A DNA stretch of 64,000 nucleotides, taken from positions 150,951 through 214,950 of the forward strand of contig JBHGAY010000003.1 of NCBI GenBank assembly GCA_041946735.1, read 5' to 3'. The notes beneath the pieces were generated by a model. It ran no database searches, was not told the origin of the DNA, and was given only the letters and a program-made list of their open reading frames with translations. The DNA comes from Candidatus Eiseniibacteriota bacterium. GTDB lineage: Bacteria; Eisenbacteria; RBG-16-71-46; CAIMUX01; VGJL01. The translations under genes and the position numbers were made by a program. This document shows positions 37,357-47,188 of the stretch, in pieces; the first letter of the stretch is position 1, and the number at the start of each line of letters is the position of its first letter.

Positions 37357-37399
37357 TCTCCGCGGCGATACCGCCCCGTGAAGGATCGAGGAATCCCTG

Positions 37400-38437
37400 A
37401 TGCCGGCGAAGAGAGCGCAATCGAAGACGGGAAGAGACGCGGGCGCCGCCCGGGCGTCGCGCGCGAGAGCGAAGAGCAAGCCGGCGCGTGCTCGCAAGAC
37501 AACAGCGAGTCGTGCCGGTTCGCGGCGCGATCCCGAGAGGCTGCGCAAGCCGCCGCGCCGGGCCGGCAAGTCGTCCCGGGAGACAACGGCATCGAAGGCG
37601 GCGGCGGGAGTCGACCGGGCCGCCGCTGTTCGCCTCGACGAAAATCCGGAGGAGTCGACGGCGCCGCGGCCGATCTGGTCCGGGGCGATCAGCTTCGGCC
37701 TGGTCAACGTCCCGGTGAACCTGTTCCCGGCATTGCGCCCTCACGGCGTGCACCTGCGCATGCTCGATCCCTCCGGGACGCCACTCAATCGCCGCTACGT
37801 CTCCTCGAACAGTGGCGAGCCGATCGATCCGGATCATATCGTGAGGGGCTACGAGGTCGAGAAGGGGAAGTTCGTGCTCGTCAGCGACGAGGAGCTCGAG
37901 GCTCTCGAGCCGCAGCGATCGCGCGAGATCGATCTCCGCCGCTTCGTCGACGTCTCGACGATCCCGCCCTACTACTTCGAGCGTCCGTACTTCCTGACTC
38001 CGGCCGGCCGCAGCAACAAGGCGTACCGCCTCCTTGCGGCGGTGATGGAGAAGGAGGGAAAGGCAGGCCTCGCCACCTTCGTGATGCGGGAGAAGGAGTA
38101 TCTCGTCGCGATCCTCTCGGACGGCGGGATCCTGCGCGCTCAGACGCTGCGTTTCGCGGACGAGATCCGCCGCCCGCAGGATGTTGGCCTTCCGGAGCGG
38201 AAGCCGGCGCGGGCGAAGCAGGTCGCGAAGATCGGAAAGACGATCCGCGACCGCACGAAGTCGCGACTTGCCCGGGAGGATCTGGGCGACGACGTCACCG
38301 CCAAGCTCGAGAAGCTGATCGAGAAGAAGGTCGCACAGGGACGCGACATCGTGACGCTCGAGGCGACACCGGAGTCGAAGGCGGAGTTCGTCGATCTGAT
38401 GGAGGTCCTGAAGCAGCGGATGCGGGGAGCGGCGTGA
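37400..38437 (+). CDS. ku: Ku protein (copy 2) with basic N-terminal extension
   Basis: RPIWSGAISFGLVNVPVNL, IVRGYEV, YFERPYFL, AYRLL and TLRFADEIR motifs; first about 85 aa are K/R/A-rich. Confidence 0.92.
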   Translation: MPAKRAQSKTGRDAGAARASRARAKSKPARARKTTASRAGSRRDPERLRKPPRRAGKSSRETTASKAAAGVDRAAAVRLDENPEESTAPRPIWSGAISFGLVNVPVNLFPALRPHGVHLRMLDPSGTPLNRRYVSSNSGEPIDPDHIVRGYEVEKGKFVLVSDEELEALEPQRSREIDLRRFVDVSTIPPYYFERPYFLTPAGRSNKAYRLLAAVMEKEGKAGLATFVMREKEYLVAILSDGGILRAQTLRFADEIRRPQDVGLPERKPARAKQVAKIGKTIRDRTKSRLAREDLGDDVTAKLEKLIEKKVAQGRDIVTLEATPESKAEFVDLMEVLKQRMRGAA

Positions 38438-38440
38438 GGC

Positions 38441-39826
38441 TCATCGCAAGCGGTAGCCTCGAATCTTCCGCCAGAGCGTCTTCCTGTCGATCCCAAGCAG
38501 CGCCGAGGCGCGCCCGAGACGCCAGCCCGTCAAGTCCAGCACCTTGAGGATGTGCTGCGACTCGAGGGTGGCCAGCCGCAGATCGCTCGCGTCCCCGCCG
38601 TCCGTCTCGGTGGCCGGCGCCCCTCCCCGCATGAAGTGGAGATCCTCCGATCGGATCTCCGGCCCCTGGGCGAGCACGAGGGCACGCTCGAGCGTGTTCT
38701 CCAGCTCTCGAACGTTGCCGGGCCAGTTGTAGGCCTGCAACGTTTCGATGCACTCCGCCGACAGTCGTTTCAGCTCGAGCAGTTTGCGCTCGCACAACCG
38801 CCGGACGAGAACCGTAGCTAGGGACGGAATGTCTTCTCGCCGGTCGCGCAACGGCGGCACCTCGATCAGCACCACGCTCAGCCGGTAGAACAGATCCTCG
38901 CGAAAGCCGCCGGCGGCCATCGCCGCGCGCAGATCGCGGTTCGTCGCGGCGAGAATCCGCACGTCGACATGCACCGGCTCGCTCCCCCCCACCTTCGTGA
39001 CCTCGCGCTCCTGGATCACCCGCAGGAGCTTCGTCTGGATCGTGGGCGTGAGGTTGCCGATCTCGTCGAGGAAGATGGTCCCGCCATGCGCCAGCTCGAA
39101 ACGGCCGGGACGTGTCGACACGGCTCCCGTGAAGGAGCCGCGGACATGGCCGAACAGCTCGCTCTCGAAGAGCGTCTCGACGATCGCGCCGCAATCGACC
39201 GTCAGGAACGGCTTCTCGCGCCGCGCGCTCGCCCGATGGATGGAGCGCGCCACCAGCTCCTTGCCCGTTCCGCTCTCGCCGAGGATCAGGACGGTGGCGT
39301 CGGTCTGCGCGACGCGCTCGACCCATCCTCGGAGCTGCTCGATCGCTCGGCTCTCGCCGGTCAAGACCTCGGCATGCGCTTCCTCGCGGATTTGCTCCTT
39401 GAGCGCCCGGTTCTCGAGCGAGAGCGCCCGCTTCTCCAGCGCCCGGCCGACCACGAGCCGGAGGGAGTCGGCGTCGAACGGCTTCGGCAGGTAGTCGTAC
39501 GCTCCGAGGCGCATGCACTCCACCGCCGATCCGACGCTCGAATATCCCGTGATGACGATGACGTCGAGGTCGGGAGCGTCGCGATGGAGCCGTTCGAGCA
39601 GCGTCATTCCGTCCATGCCCGGCATCTTCAGATCGAGGAGGACGAGATCGAGCCGGTCGTGCTGGACCTTGCGCAATGCTTCGAGGCCGTCGCGCGCCGT
39701 CTCGACCCTGTAGTTCGAGCGTTCCAGCGCCTGCCGGCAGGAATCCCGGATCCCCTCTTCGTCGTCGACGACGAGGATCGTTCGCTGCGGCTCCATTCCT
39801 CCTCCTTCGGGTAGCCGAGCGCTCAT
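38441..39826 (-). CDS. Sigma-54-dependent response regulator (NtrC family)
   Basis: Receiver domain (LVVDDE, LLDLKMP), GESGTGKE, ESELFGH..GSFTGA, FLDEI, WPGNVREL and a Fis-type HTH. Confidence 0.96.
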   Translation of the reverse strand: MSARLPEGGGMEPQRTILVVDDEEGIRDSCRQALERSNYRVETARDGLEALRKVQHDRLDLVLLDLKMPGMDGMTLLERLHRDAPDLDVIVITGYSSVGSAVECMRLGAYDYLPKPFDADSLRLVVGRALEKRALSLENRALKEQIREEAHAEVLTGESRAIEQLRGWVERVAQTDATVLILGESGTGKELVARSIHRASARREKPFLTVDCGAIVETLFESELFGHVRGSFTGAVSTRPGRFELAHGGTIFLDEIGNLTPTIQTKLLRVIQEREVTKVGGSEPVHVDVRILAATNRDLRAAMAAGGFREDLFYRLSVVLIEVPPLRDRREDIPSLATVLVRRLCERKLLELKRLSAECIETLQAYNWPGNVRELENTLERALVLAQGPEIRSEDLHFMRGGAPATETDGGDASDLRLATLESQHILKVLDLTGWRLGRASALLGIDRKTLWRKIRGYRLR

Positions 39827-40893
39827 ACCGGCGCGACGTCCGGCTCGACGGGGAGCAGGACGCGGAAGGTCGTCCCGCTTCCGGCGGTCGACTGCGCCTC
39901 GATCTCCCCACCATGTTGCCGGACGATTCCGTAGCTGATCGAAAGTCCGAGGCCGACGCCCTCGCCGACCTCCTTCGTCGTGAAGAACGGCTCGAACACC
40001 CGAGGCAGATGCTCCTCGGGAATCCCGACTCCGGTGTCGGTGAACGCGACGCGGCAGAATCCGTCACGCTCCGAGAAGCCGCTGCGGATCGTGAGCGTCC
40101 CGCCATGAGCGCGCATCGCGTCGAGGGCGTTCATCAGGACGTTCAAGAACACCTGCTGGATTTTCTGGACGTCGATCCGCACCCATAGAGGGACCGGGCT
40201 GAGCTCCTTGCGGAGCTGGACGTTTCGCCATCCCGGATGGCGTTCGACGAGCGCGAGCGACTCGACGAGGACCTGGTTCAGATCGACCCGCTCGATGCGA
40301 GGCGGGTTCTGCCGCGCGAAGTCGAGCAGGCCGCGGACGATCTCCTTCGCCCGGCTAGCCTGCCCGACGATCTTCTTCATGTTCTCGTAGCGTGGATCGT
40401 CGGGCTGGGTCGATTCGACGAGGAGATTGCCGTAGAGGAGGATGCCGCCGATCGGATTGTTGATCTCGTGCGCGACGCCGGCCGCGAGCTGCCCGACCGT
40501 GGCGAGCTTCTCGGACTGCTGCAAGCGCTCCGCCGCGCGGAGGCGAGCTGTTTCGTCCCGCACCTGGAGCGAGGAAGCCATGCGGTTCAAGGCGGCGGCA
40601 AGCGGGCCGAGGCGCGCGAGGCGGGGACCGTCGATACGGTACTCCAGCTCACCGCGACCCCAGCGACTCGCAGCGCGGATGAGCGGCTCGTCGGACACCA
40701 CGGCGGCTCGACGGAGCAGCAACACCGGCAGGGCGCAGGCCACCGCGGCGAGCCCAGCGGCGCAGAGCCACCCTGCCGGATGCCCGCGAAGGAAGGGGGA
40801 GAGGATCCACGCCAGCAGCACGAGGACCACCGGCGGGAGCAGGAGCGCTCCCCAGGTCCTTGCCGAAATGCGCGAACCGAGCGGCCCATCCAT
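39823..40893 (-). CDS. Sensor histidine kinase (2 TM, HAMP-like, HisKA, HATPase)
   Basis: AHEINNP H-box, QVFLNVLMNA N-box, DTGVGI, FEPFFTTK and GLGLSISYG motifs. Confidence 0.95.
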   Translation of the reverse strand: MDGPLGSRISARTWGALLLPPVVLVLLAWILSPFLRGHPAGWLCAAGLAAVACALPVLLLRRAAVVSDEPLIRAASRWGRGELEYRIDGPRLARLGPLAAALNRMASSLQVRDETARLRAAERLQQSEKLATVGQLAAGVAHEINNPIGGILLYGNLLVESTQPDDPRYENMKKIVGQASRAKEIVRGLLDFARQNPPRIERVDLNQVLVESLALVERHPGWRNVQLRKELSPVPLWVRIDVQKIQQVFLNVLMNALDAMRAHGGTLTIRSGFSERDGFCRVAFTDTGVGIPEEHLPRVFEPFFTTKEVGEGVGLGLSISYGIVRQHGGEIEAQSTAGSGTTFRVLLPVEPDVAPV

Positions 40894-41106
40894 GTTCGGC
40901 CACCTCCGCCCGTATTCGGGGCGGGCGAAATGGAGTCACGCAACGCCCCCGGCATCCCGCCCCCGATCGAGCGTAAGCCATTGTAGCGTGCTGCGGGGCG
41001 GCGGGACAGGGGGCTGGATGAGGCTCGGGTGTGTACGCCCCCTCAGTCCCGCGGTGGAGCTGCGGGCGGCCGTGCGCCTGCGGAGGACGATCCGCCTGCC
41101 GTCTGG

Positions 41107-41565
41107 TCAGCGGCGCCAGTAGGTGAGGACGAGATGGGTCGAGTCCTCCTCGGCTGCGCGAGTGATCGTGATCGTGACCAGATGGTCCCTCGTCACCTGC
41201 GTCAGCACGCGAGCCTCGATGCCTGCCTCCTGCAGCCGGCGAGAGTCGTTGCAGCTCACGGTCATCTTGCCGTTGCCACCATGCATGCAGTTCGCCGACA
41301 GATGCTCCCCAAGCTGCTTCTCGTAGAACGCGAGGATCGACGAGACCGAGTCGGAAGTCACCATCGTGACCTGTCGTAAGTCTCCGCTTCCGAGATTCGA
41401 GATGACCCCCACCCCCGCATCCACGTAGAGAAGCTCGCGGAGCGGATCGTCGGGATCGAGAGTGGCGAGAGGGGGAGGTCCGTCGGGACGCCCGTCCTCG
41501 TCCTGGGCGGGAGCGGGGCTCTGCAACAGCAGGACGAGCGCAGAGAGAACGAACAGCAGGCGCAT
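41107..41565 (-). CDS. Secreted hypothetical protein
   Basis: AGGAGG RBS; signal peptide MRLLFVLSALVLLLQSPAPA; TSDSVSSILAFYEKQL segment. Confidence 0.7.
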   Translation of the reverse strand: MRLLFVLSALVLLLQSPAPAQDEDGRPDGPPPLATLDPDDPLRELLYVDAGVGVISNLGSGDLRQVTMVTSDSVSSILAFYEKQLGEHLSANCMHGGNGKMTVSCNDSRRLQEAGIEARVLTQVTRDHLVTITITRAAEEDSTHLVLTYWRR

Positions 41566-41670
41566 TTCTCTTCCTCCTGGATGCCCGGGCGGGACCGGAT
41601 GCCGCACAGCGAAGCGGCCGGCCGGGCTCGAGCGCGATCATTCCAGACAGCCTGAGGAACGCCGGAAAGT

Positions 41671-42954
41671 CTACTGCCCCTGGACGACGAGGTCGACGCG
41701 CCGGTTCTTCTGCCGCCCCTCCTCCGTCGAGTTGTCCGCGACCGGCCGGGTCAGCCCGTATCCTTCGACCGTCATCCGCTCCGCGGACACTTCCTGCTGG
41801 ACCAGGAACTCGTACACGGCCTGCGCGCGCCGCTTGGACAGATCGAGGTTGTACTCCGCCGTACCGATGTCGTCGGTGTGTCCTTCGACCGCGATCTGCA
41901 TCTCCGGGAACTGATTCAGGATGGTCGCCACCTTGACGAGGCTGAACTCGACGTTGCGCTTGAGCGTCGCCTTGTCGAAGTCGAACAGGATGTCGGCGAG
42001 GCTGACGATCGCCCCGCGCGCCGTTTGCGTGATGTGCGCGTACTTACCCTCGATGGACTTCAACGCGTCGTAGAGGCTCGACTGCCGCTGCCACGCTTCC
42101 TCACGAGTTCGTTCCAGCTCGGCGCGCAGATCGTCCCGAAGTCCCCGCTCCATGTCGAGGGTCGCCTGCAAAGCCTGGTCGCGCCCATTTCCGAGACGAG
42201 CGACCAGCGCCGCCCCACGCACGCAAGTCGCGCGCGCATCGGCGGCCCGCACGCGGTAGGCCAGCTCCTGCAAGATCGCCCCGGAGACGCGGAGCCGCTG
42301 GGCTCTCTCGTCCTTGCCCGCTCCCTTGCGCACGGGGTCGATCTGCGCGGCGAAGCGAGGCGCGAGGTCCGCGACCGCGACGGTGCGCGCGCCCGCCAGG
42401 TTGGTCCGCTCCTCCCACGCCTTTTCCTGCTCCTCGAGCGGGGGAGGGGGCGCGCCCGCGTCCTCCGTCTCGGAGCCGGGAATTTCCGGCCACCCGGCAG
42501 GCGGCGTCAGGAACTCCTCGATCTCCGGATCTTCCCGGAGGATCTCGGGATTGTTCCGGTTCGCCGCCTTCTCCGTGCGTTCGAGCGCGATGAGCGCCTG
42601 CTGCCACCCCTCGCGCGCCGCAGCAACCGCCTGCCGGCATCCGTCCGCTTCGGCGCTTGCGCGCTCGAACTCGGCGCGGGCGCGCGCCGCGCGCATCGTG
42701 GCGAGGCCTCGCTCGAGGATCGGCGCCGCCTGACCGTCCTTTCCCTTCTGGACGAGAGGAGCCGCGGCGTCCCGTTGCTGCTGGGCGAGGTGGAGGGTCG
42801 GTGATGGATCCGGCCCGGGAGCGATCGCCAGGGCCTCCTTCTCCGTCTCGTTGATCTCCTCGAGCAGTACGCCAGCGGGCGGATGGCTGCCGCCGCAGCC
42901 CGCCCCCATGACCGCCAGTGCGGCAAGAAGCATGAGCGCTCCGCTTCGTCTCAT
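41671..42954 (-). CDS. OmpA-family lipoprotein with long helical N-terminal region
   Basis: Lipobox GAGC; C-terminal ILFDFDKATL, VEGHTD, NLDLSKRRAQAV and NRRV motifs. Confidence 0.92.
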   Translation of the reverse strand: MRRSGALMLLAALAVMGAGCGGSHPPAGVLLEEINETEKEALAIAPGPDPSPTLHLAQQQRDAAAPLVQKGKDGQAAPILERGLATMRAARARAEFERASAEADGCRQAVAAAREGWQQALIALERTEKAANRNNPEILREDPEIEEFLTPPAGWPEIPGSETEDAGAPPPPLEEQEKAWEERTNLAGARTVAVADLAPRFAAQIDPVRKGAGKDERAQRLRVSGAILQELAYRVRAADARATCVRGAALVARLGNGRDQALQATLDMERGLRDDLRAELERTREEAWQRQSSLYDALKSIEGKYAHITQTARGAIVSLADILFDFDKATLKRNVEFSLVKVATILNQFPEMQIAVEGHTDDIGTAEYNLDLSKRRAQAVYEFLVQQEVSAERMTVEGYGLTRPVADNSTEEGRQKNRRVDLVVQGQ

Positions 42955-43216
42955 CCTTGGTCCTCCCTCCTTCGCCCGACAGCCGGAGCCTTTCGTAGGC
43001 CGGCCGGGCAAGACCCGGGGGAGATGGTAGCGCTCGCTGGCTACGGCGGGAATTGGCGTCGATGGCTCTCCGACGTCAGCTCGTGCTCTGCTTGCTTCCG
43101 GGGCTGGGCCGCCCCTTGGCAGGCCCGTCGTGCATGCGAAGGTCCCCGGGCGCGGTGAAGCGCTCGGGGACCGGTCGGGCAAGGACGCGTGAACGTCCGC
43201 GGATCAGAGGACTTCG

Positions 43217-46200
43217 TTACTCGGGACGGATCACCTTCACGGTTCGCTTCTCCGCCCCCGCGACGAGACGGACGAAGTAGAGTCCTCCGGAGGCGGAATG
43301 GCCGCCGTCGTCCCGGCCATCCCAGGTGAAGGAGTACCGGCCCGCCTGCATCTCCCGCGTTTCGAGCGATCGCACACGCCGGCCATGCACGTCGAACACG
43401 GAGAGATCGACGTCGGCATCGCTGGGCAGCGCGAGCTCGAAGACGGTCGGCGCGGCGCTCGGCATCGCACCCGTGATGCGGAACGAGAGCTGCGTGGGGA
43501 GCGCCGGCTCGCCCGCGCCCGCGGGAGCGTCGGCGTCTCGGACCTGGATCCGGTAGCCGCCTGCGACGCCGTTCTCGTTCGTCACCACGAGCCCGTAGAT
43601 GTCGCCCGCCGTGATGTCGACGACGATCCGTTCGGCCGCTCCGGCACCGTAGTCGTTGGCGTGCTCGAGCGCCTCGTTCGATCCCTGAGCGAAGAAGACG
43701 GGGCCGGACCGGTGCAATGAGACTCCGACATCGAGTCCCGTCACGAGGGGAGTGACGATGATCTCCTGACGGATCGGGACAACGCGAGCGGAGAGAGCCC
43801 AGACCTGCGCCACCTCGTGCGAACCGAAGGTGCCTTCGGCAATCTCCACCTGTCCCGGATCGTCGAAGACGATCGACTGCCCGGCCGCGTTGTCGCAGGA
43901 GATCGTCTGCGCACCCGTCCCGACGGTCCGCTCGAAGCGCGGGTAGAAGGTTTGCCCGGGCGCGTACTCCCCGTCGACGACTACGTAGCGCAGTCCGGGC
44001 AGGGACAGATCCCCGGTCACGTAGCAGCTGTTCGCGTAGCTCTCGCAGTCCCAGAGGTGCGCCTCCGATTCGGATCCGCTCCCCGGTCGCACCGCCGCTA
44101 CGCTCCAGGTGCTGCTCGCCGGAATGTCCGCCCAGACCAGCTCGTCGGGCCAGCTTTGCGGGACTTTCGGCGTGAGAGAGACGCGGGGTCCGACGCCGAC
44201 CGTGTACGGTCCGGAGGAGTCCTCGTCGTTCGTGATCATCACGAAGCCGTACCAGTCGTCGGCGGGCGGGGTGTACAGGAACCATTCCCCGGCGCCCCCG
44301 TGGCCGGCGCTGCCGGCTGCTGCGCCGCTACGCTGCACGTACCGGTTCCCGTCGGCGGAGCTCATCACGTAGATCCCCGCGTCGATCGGAGAGGCCAGGG
44401 ATTCGTACTGCCGGAAAAGGTAGGGCTGCCCGCCGAGCAAGTGCGCGTCCCACACCTTGGCGATGTGCTCCGCTCCCCAGCTCGCCGAATAGAAACCGGA
44501 GAGAAGGTCCGGCCCCTGTTCCCATTCCGTCGCATAGGAGTTGACGCCGCTCTGGCGCAACACGCGCAGATAGTCGGTCGACCATCCAGGGTTATAGTCC
44601 GCCGCGATGAACTCCACGCCCGGGTAGGCGCCCGAGGTGGCGAGGAGGTCCTGGAACGTCGCGTCGCCGTAGAGCTGCAGGCGCAGGTTCGTGTTCTCGC
44701 CGGGCCGGGCGGCTGAGACGGCCCAGTAGTCGGTGTAGGGGGAATACCTGTAGAGCCGGAGATCGAGGAACGTCGTGGCCGGGTCCGCTTCGGGCAGCGT
44801 CTGGATGGTCGGGCCGATCTGGATCGTGAAGTCGCCGTCGACTTCGCTGTTCGCCCAGACGACGAGACCGTAGACGTCCGTGGCCGGGACCGTATAGGTG
44901 TACTCCTCGCTCAGCCCGGCGGGCCAGTCGTCCTCCTCCCACTCGGCCCCTGCCCGGCCGGCGTAGTAGGACGACCCGTTCGACCGGAAGAGGGCCATGC
45001 CGAGGTCGAGCCCCGGGGTGTCCATGTCGAGGAAGAACGAGATCTTCTCCCCCGCGATCAGCGGGACGTCCCAGACGCGGACCACGTTCGTGTCGTTCCA
45101 GTTGCCCGCGCGCTCGACCCCGTCGGGATAGAGCATCTGATTCCCCGATTCGAACGACAGGACGTACTGTCCGTTCCCGGATACCTTCCTCAGCTTGATG
45201 AAATCCTGACCAAGATTGTTATGGTTGCCGTCGCCGACGACGAAGTCGACCTCCTGGCCGGGCTTCTGCGAAAAGCCCTCCCACCAGCGGAAGTTGTTGT
45301 CGCCGTAGACATCGATCTGATAGTCGGAGGTTCCGCGGGAACGCACGCCGATCGCGCTCCAGCTCGTCCACCGCTCGCTCGCGACCATTCCCCAGTCCGT
45401 ATTCGTGTGGATGAAGTAGCCGTTGTGGTACAGCTCGTAGAGGTTCTGCGCCGTTCCGGCGTCGTTCCACAAGGTCGTATCGAGCAGGCCGTCCTCGTTC
45501 CCGTCGACCCATGCCCAGTTGCGGACGGTGTACTCGCACGGAGGCTCGAGACCCCCCGGAACGTCGTACTTCATGATGCACGTCACCGAACCGGTGCAGG
45601 GATTCGCTTCGCAATTGCCGTTGGGAACGTCGTCGGTCAGGTAGCAGCTCTGGCACACCCAGTCGCACAGGTGGCCGTTGCACGAGCCGTTCTCCTCGTA
45701 CTCGTCGCACGAGCCGAAGCAGTGCCCCCATTCGTGCGCGTAGGTGGTCCATCCCTCGGAATAGCCGACCTGGCAGGCGCCGCGCTCGACCGAGGCGTTG
45801 GCGCGGAAGAAGAGACCAGCGGGCTGGAACACGGCGATGACGTTGTCCCATCCGCCGCCCCATGCCTGCAGCAGAATGGTCAGATCATCCGAGTAGTAGC
45901 CGTCGCCGTCGGAGTCGGCCACTCCGAGGGCCTGGCAGGCGTCGTTGACCCAGTCTCCCCAGTGAGCCCCGTTCACGACGATCTCGTAGGGGAGTGTCGG
46001 ATTGAAGTAGTAGAAGCCCGGATCGTCCTCGTGATCGAAGCGGACCCAGGCGTTCGACGGAGCATGGTCCATGTAGTACTGGCGGGCGAGGGTCGAGCGC
46101 GATCCGATGTTGTCGATCTGTCCGTCGGAGAAGCTCGCGCCCGCATGGTTGACCAGGATGTGCCAGATCAACGTCGTTCCGCGGACGTAATGCGCCGTGT

Positions 46201-46444
46201 CGTCGTTGTTGAAGATGATCGGGCACCAGTCGCCCCCGGCGACCGGCAGCTCGGAGACCACAATGCAGCTGCCTTCGAGGTTCATTGGCGGGGCCTCGCG
46301 GTCCTCCGCGCGGGCCGCCTCGATCTGCTCGGGCCGGAACAGGCGCTCCTGAGCGGGCGGGAGCGCTGCGGCGGGCCGGGCCGCAGCCGCCATCACGCCG
46401 AAGCCGAGGAGCAGCGCGGCGAGAAGAGGATTGCGGGCGCTCAT
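43217..46444 (-). CDS. Secreted zinc metalloprotease (HExxHxxGxxD) with repeated beta domains and C-terminal FlgD-Ig/T9SS-like domain
   Basis: ATG 46444; signal peptide; AHEWGHCFGSCDEY, Cys-rich segment and CIM Met-turn-like motif; three internal repeats; C-terminus FDVHGRRVRSL...WDGRDD..GLYFVRL. Confidence 0.85.
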   Translation of the reverse strand: MSARNPLLAALLLGFGVMAAAARPAAALPPAQERLFRPEQIEAARAEDREAPPMNLEGSCIVVSELPVAGGDWCPIIFNNDDTAHYVRGTTLIWHILVNHAGASFSDGQIDNIGSRSTLARQYYMDHAPSNAWVRFDHEDDPGFYYFNPTLPYEIVVNGAHWGDWVNDACQALGVADSDGDGYYSDDLTILLQAWGGGWDNVIAVFQPAGLFFRANASVERGACQVGYSEGWTTYAHEWGHCFGSCDEYEENGSCNGHLCDWVCQSCYLTDDVPNGNCEANPCTGSVTCIMKYDVPGGLEPPCEYTVRNWAWVDGNEDGLLDTTLWNDAGTAQNLYELYHNGYFIHTNTDWGMVASERWTSWSAIGVRSRGTSDYQIDVYGDNNFRWWEGFSQKPGQEVDFVVGDGNHNNLGQDFIKLRKVSGNGQYVLSFESGNQMLYPDGVERAGNWNDTNVVRVWDVPLIAGEKISFFLDMDTPGLDLGMALFRSNGSSYYAGRAGAEWEEDDWPAGLSEEYTYTVPATDVYGLVVWANSEVDGDFTIQIGPTIQTLPEADPATTFLDLRLYRYSPYTDYWAVSAARPGENTNLRLQLYGDATFQDLLATSGAYPGVEFIAADYNPGWSTDYLRVLRQSGVNSYATEWEQGPDLLSGFYSASWGAEHIAKVWDAHLLGGQPYLFRQYESLASPIDAGIYVMSSADGNRYVQRSGAAAGSAGHGGAGEWFLYTPPADDWYGFVMITNDEDSSGPYTVGVGPRVSLTPKVPQSWPDELVWADIPASSTWSVAAVRPGSGSESEAHLWDCESYANSCYVTGDLSLPGLRYVVVDGEYAPGQTFYPRFERTVGTGAQTISCDNAAGQSIVFDDPGQVEIAEGTFGSHEVAQVWALSARVVPIRQEIIVTPLVTGLDVGVSLHRSGPVFFAQGSNEALEHANDYGAGAAERIVVDITAGDIYGLVVTNENGVAGGYRIQVRDADAPAGAGEPALPTQLSFRITGAMPSAAPTVFELALPSDADVDLSVFDVHGRRVRSLETREMQAGRYSFTWDGRDDGGHSASGGLYFVRLVAGAEKRTVKVIRPE

Positions 46445-46980
46445 CGTCCCTCCTCCTCTCCGCCGGCCGTGCTGTCGGGCGTCGTCACCTGCATCGCTCC
46501 CGCCTCGTCGGTCCCCGGTCGCGGGACGATGATCTGCGGAGCCTGATTCGCGAGGCGCTCGAGCTTCGAAGCTTCTGCCTGTTCGGGCGAGACGATCGCG
46601 CGATCCTCTCGCCGGATCTCGCGCGTTCCCGCCGCCTCGGCCGCCGCGATCGCCGCGCGGGCCATCTCGATCTTCCGCTGCTCGAGTTCCGTGAGCGCCT
46701 GCCGGGAGTCGGCGGGCAGCCCCGCAGCGCCGTCGGAGACGATCGCGACGACGGTGCCGTCGGCCGAACGGATCTCCCGCGGGACGACATCCTCGAGAGG
46801 CTGGACCGGCGCGCCGCCGCCTTCCGGCGCTTCCGCGGCGGAGGGGCCGGCCTCGCCGGCGGCCTGACCGGCGTCCGGGCCTCCGGGGGTCTCCGAGATC
46901 GCGGGGGGGTTGGAGAGGATCAGCATGAGGAGCGTTGCGCTCCCCAGCGCTCCGATTCGTATCGTTCGCATCGTTCCCAT
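46441..46980 (-). CDS. Small exported hypothetical protein coupled to the protease gene
   Basis: AAGGAAAGGA upstream of ATG 46980; signal peptide-like N-terminus; ATGA overlap with the protease start. Confidence 0.65.
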   Translation of the reverse strand: MGTMRTIRIGALGSATLLMLILSNPPAISETPGGPDAGQAAGEAGPSAAEAPEGGGAPVQPLEDVVPREIRSADGTVVAIVSDGAAGLPADSRQALTELEQRKIEMARAAIAAAEAAGTREIRREDRAIVSPEQAEASKLERLANQAPQIIVPRPGTDEAGAMQVTTPDSTAGGEEEGR

Positions 46981-47188
46981 TGCTTTCTTCCTTTCCTTCG
47001 ACGACCGCGGCGCTCCTGGAGAAGCCGGGCTGCTTTGCGCCGCGACGCTTGTCAGGGCCTCTTCTTCCCGGCATCCGAGAGGACATGCGCGAAGCGAGGC
47101 CGATCTGACACCTGGAGAGGGGGCAAAAGATGGGAGAGGGATGGAAGCGAATCGTTGTTCGTTCGCTCGTTCGCTCGCTCGCCCCGCT

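Noticed and set aside
47152..47182. Short GTTC/GCTC tetranucleotide run downstream of the kinase gene
   Set aside because: Short and imperfect, with no supportable function.
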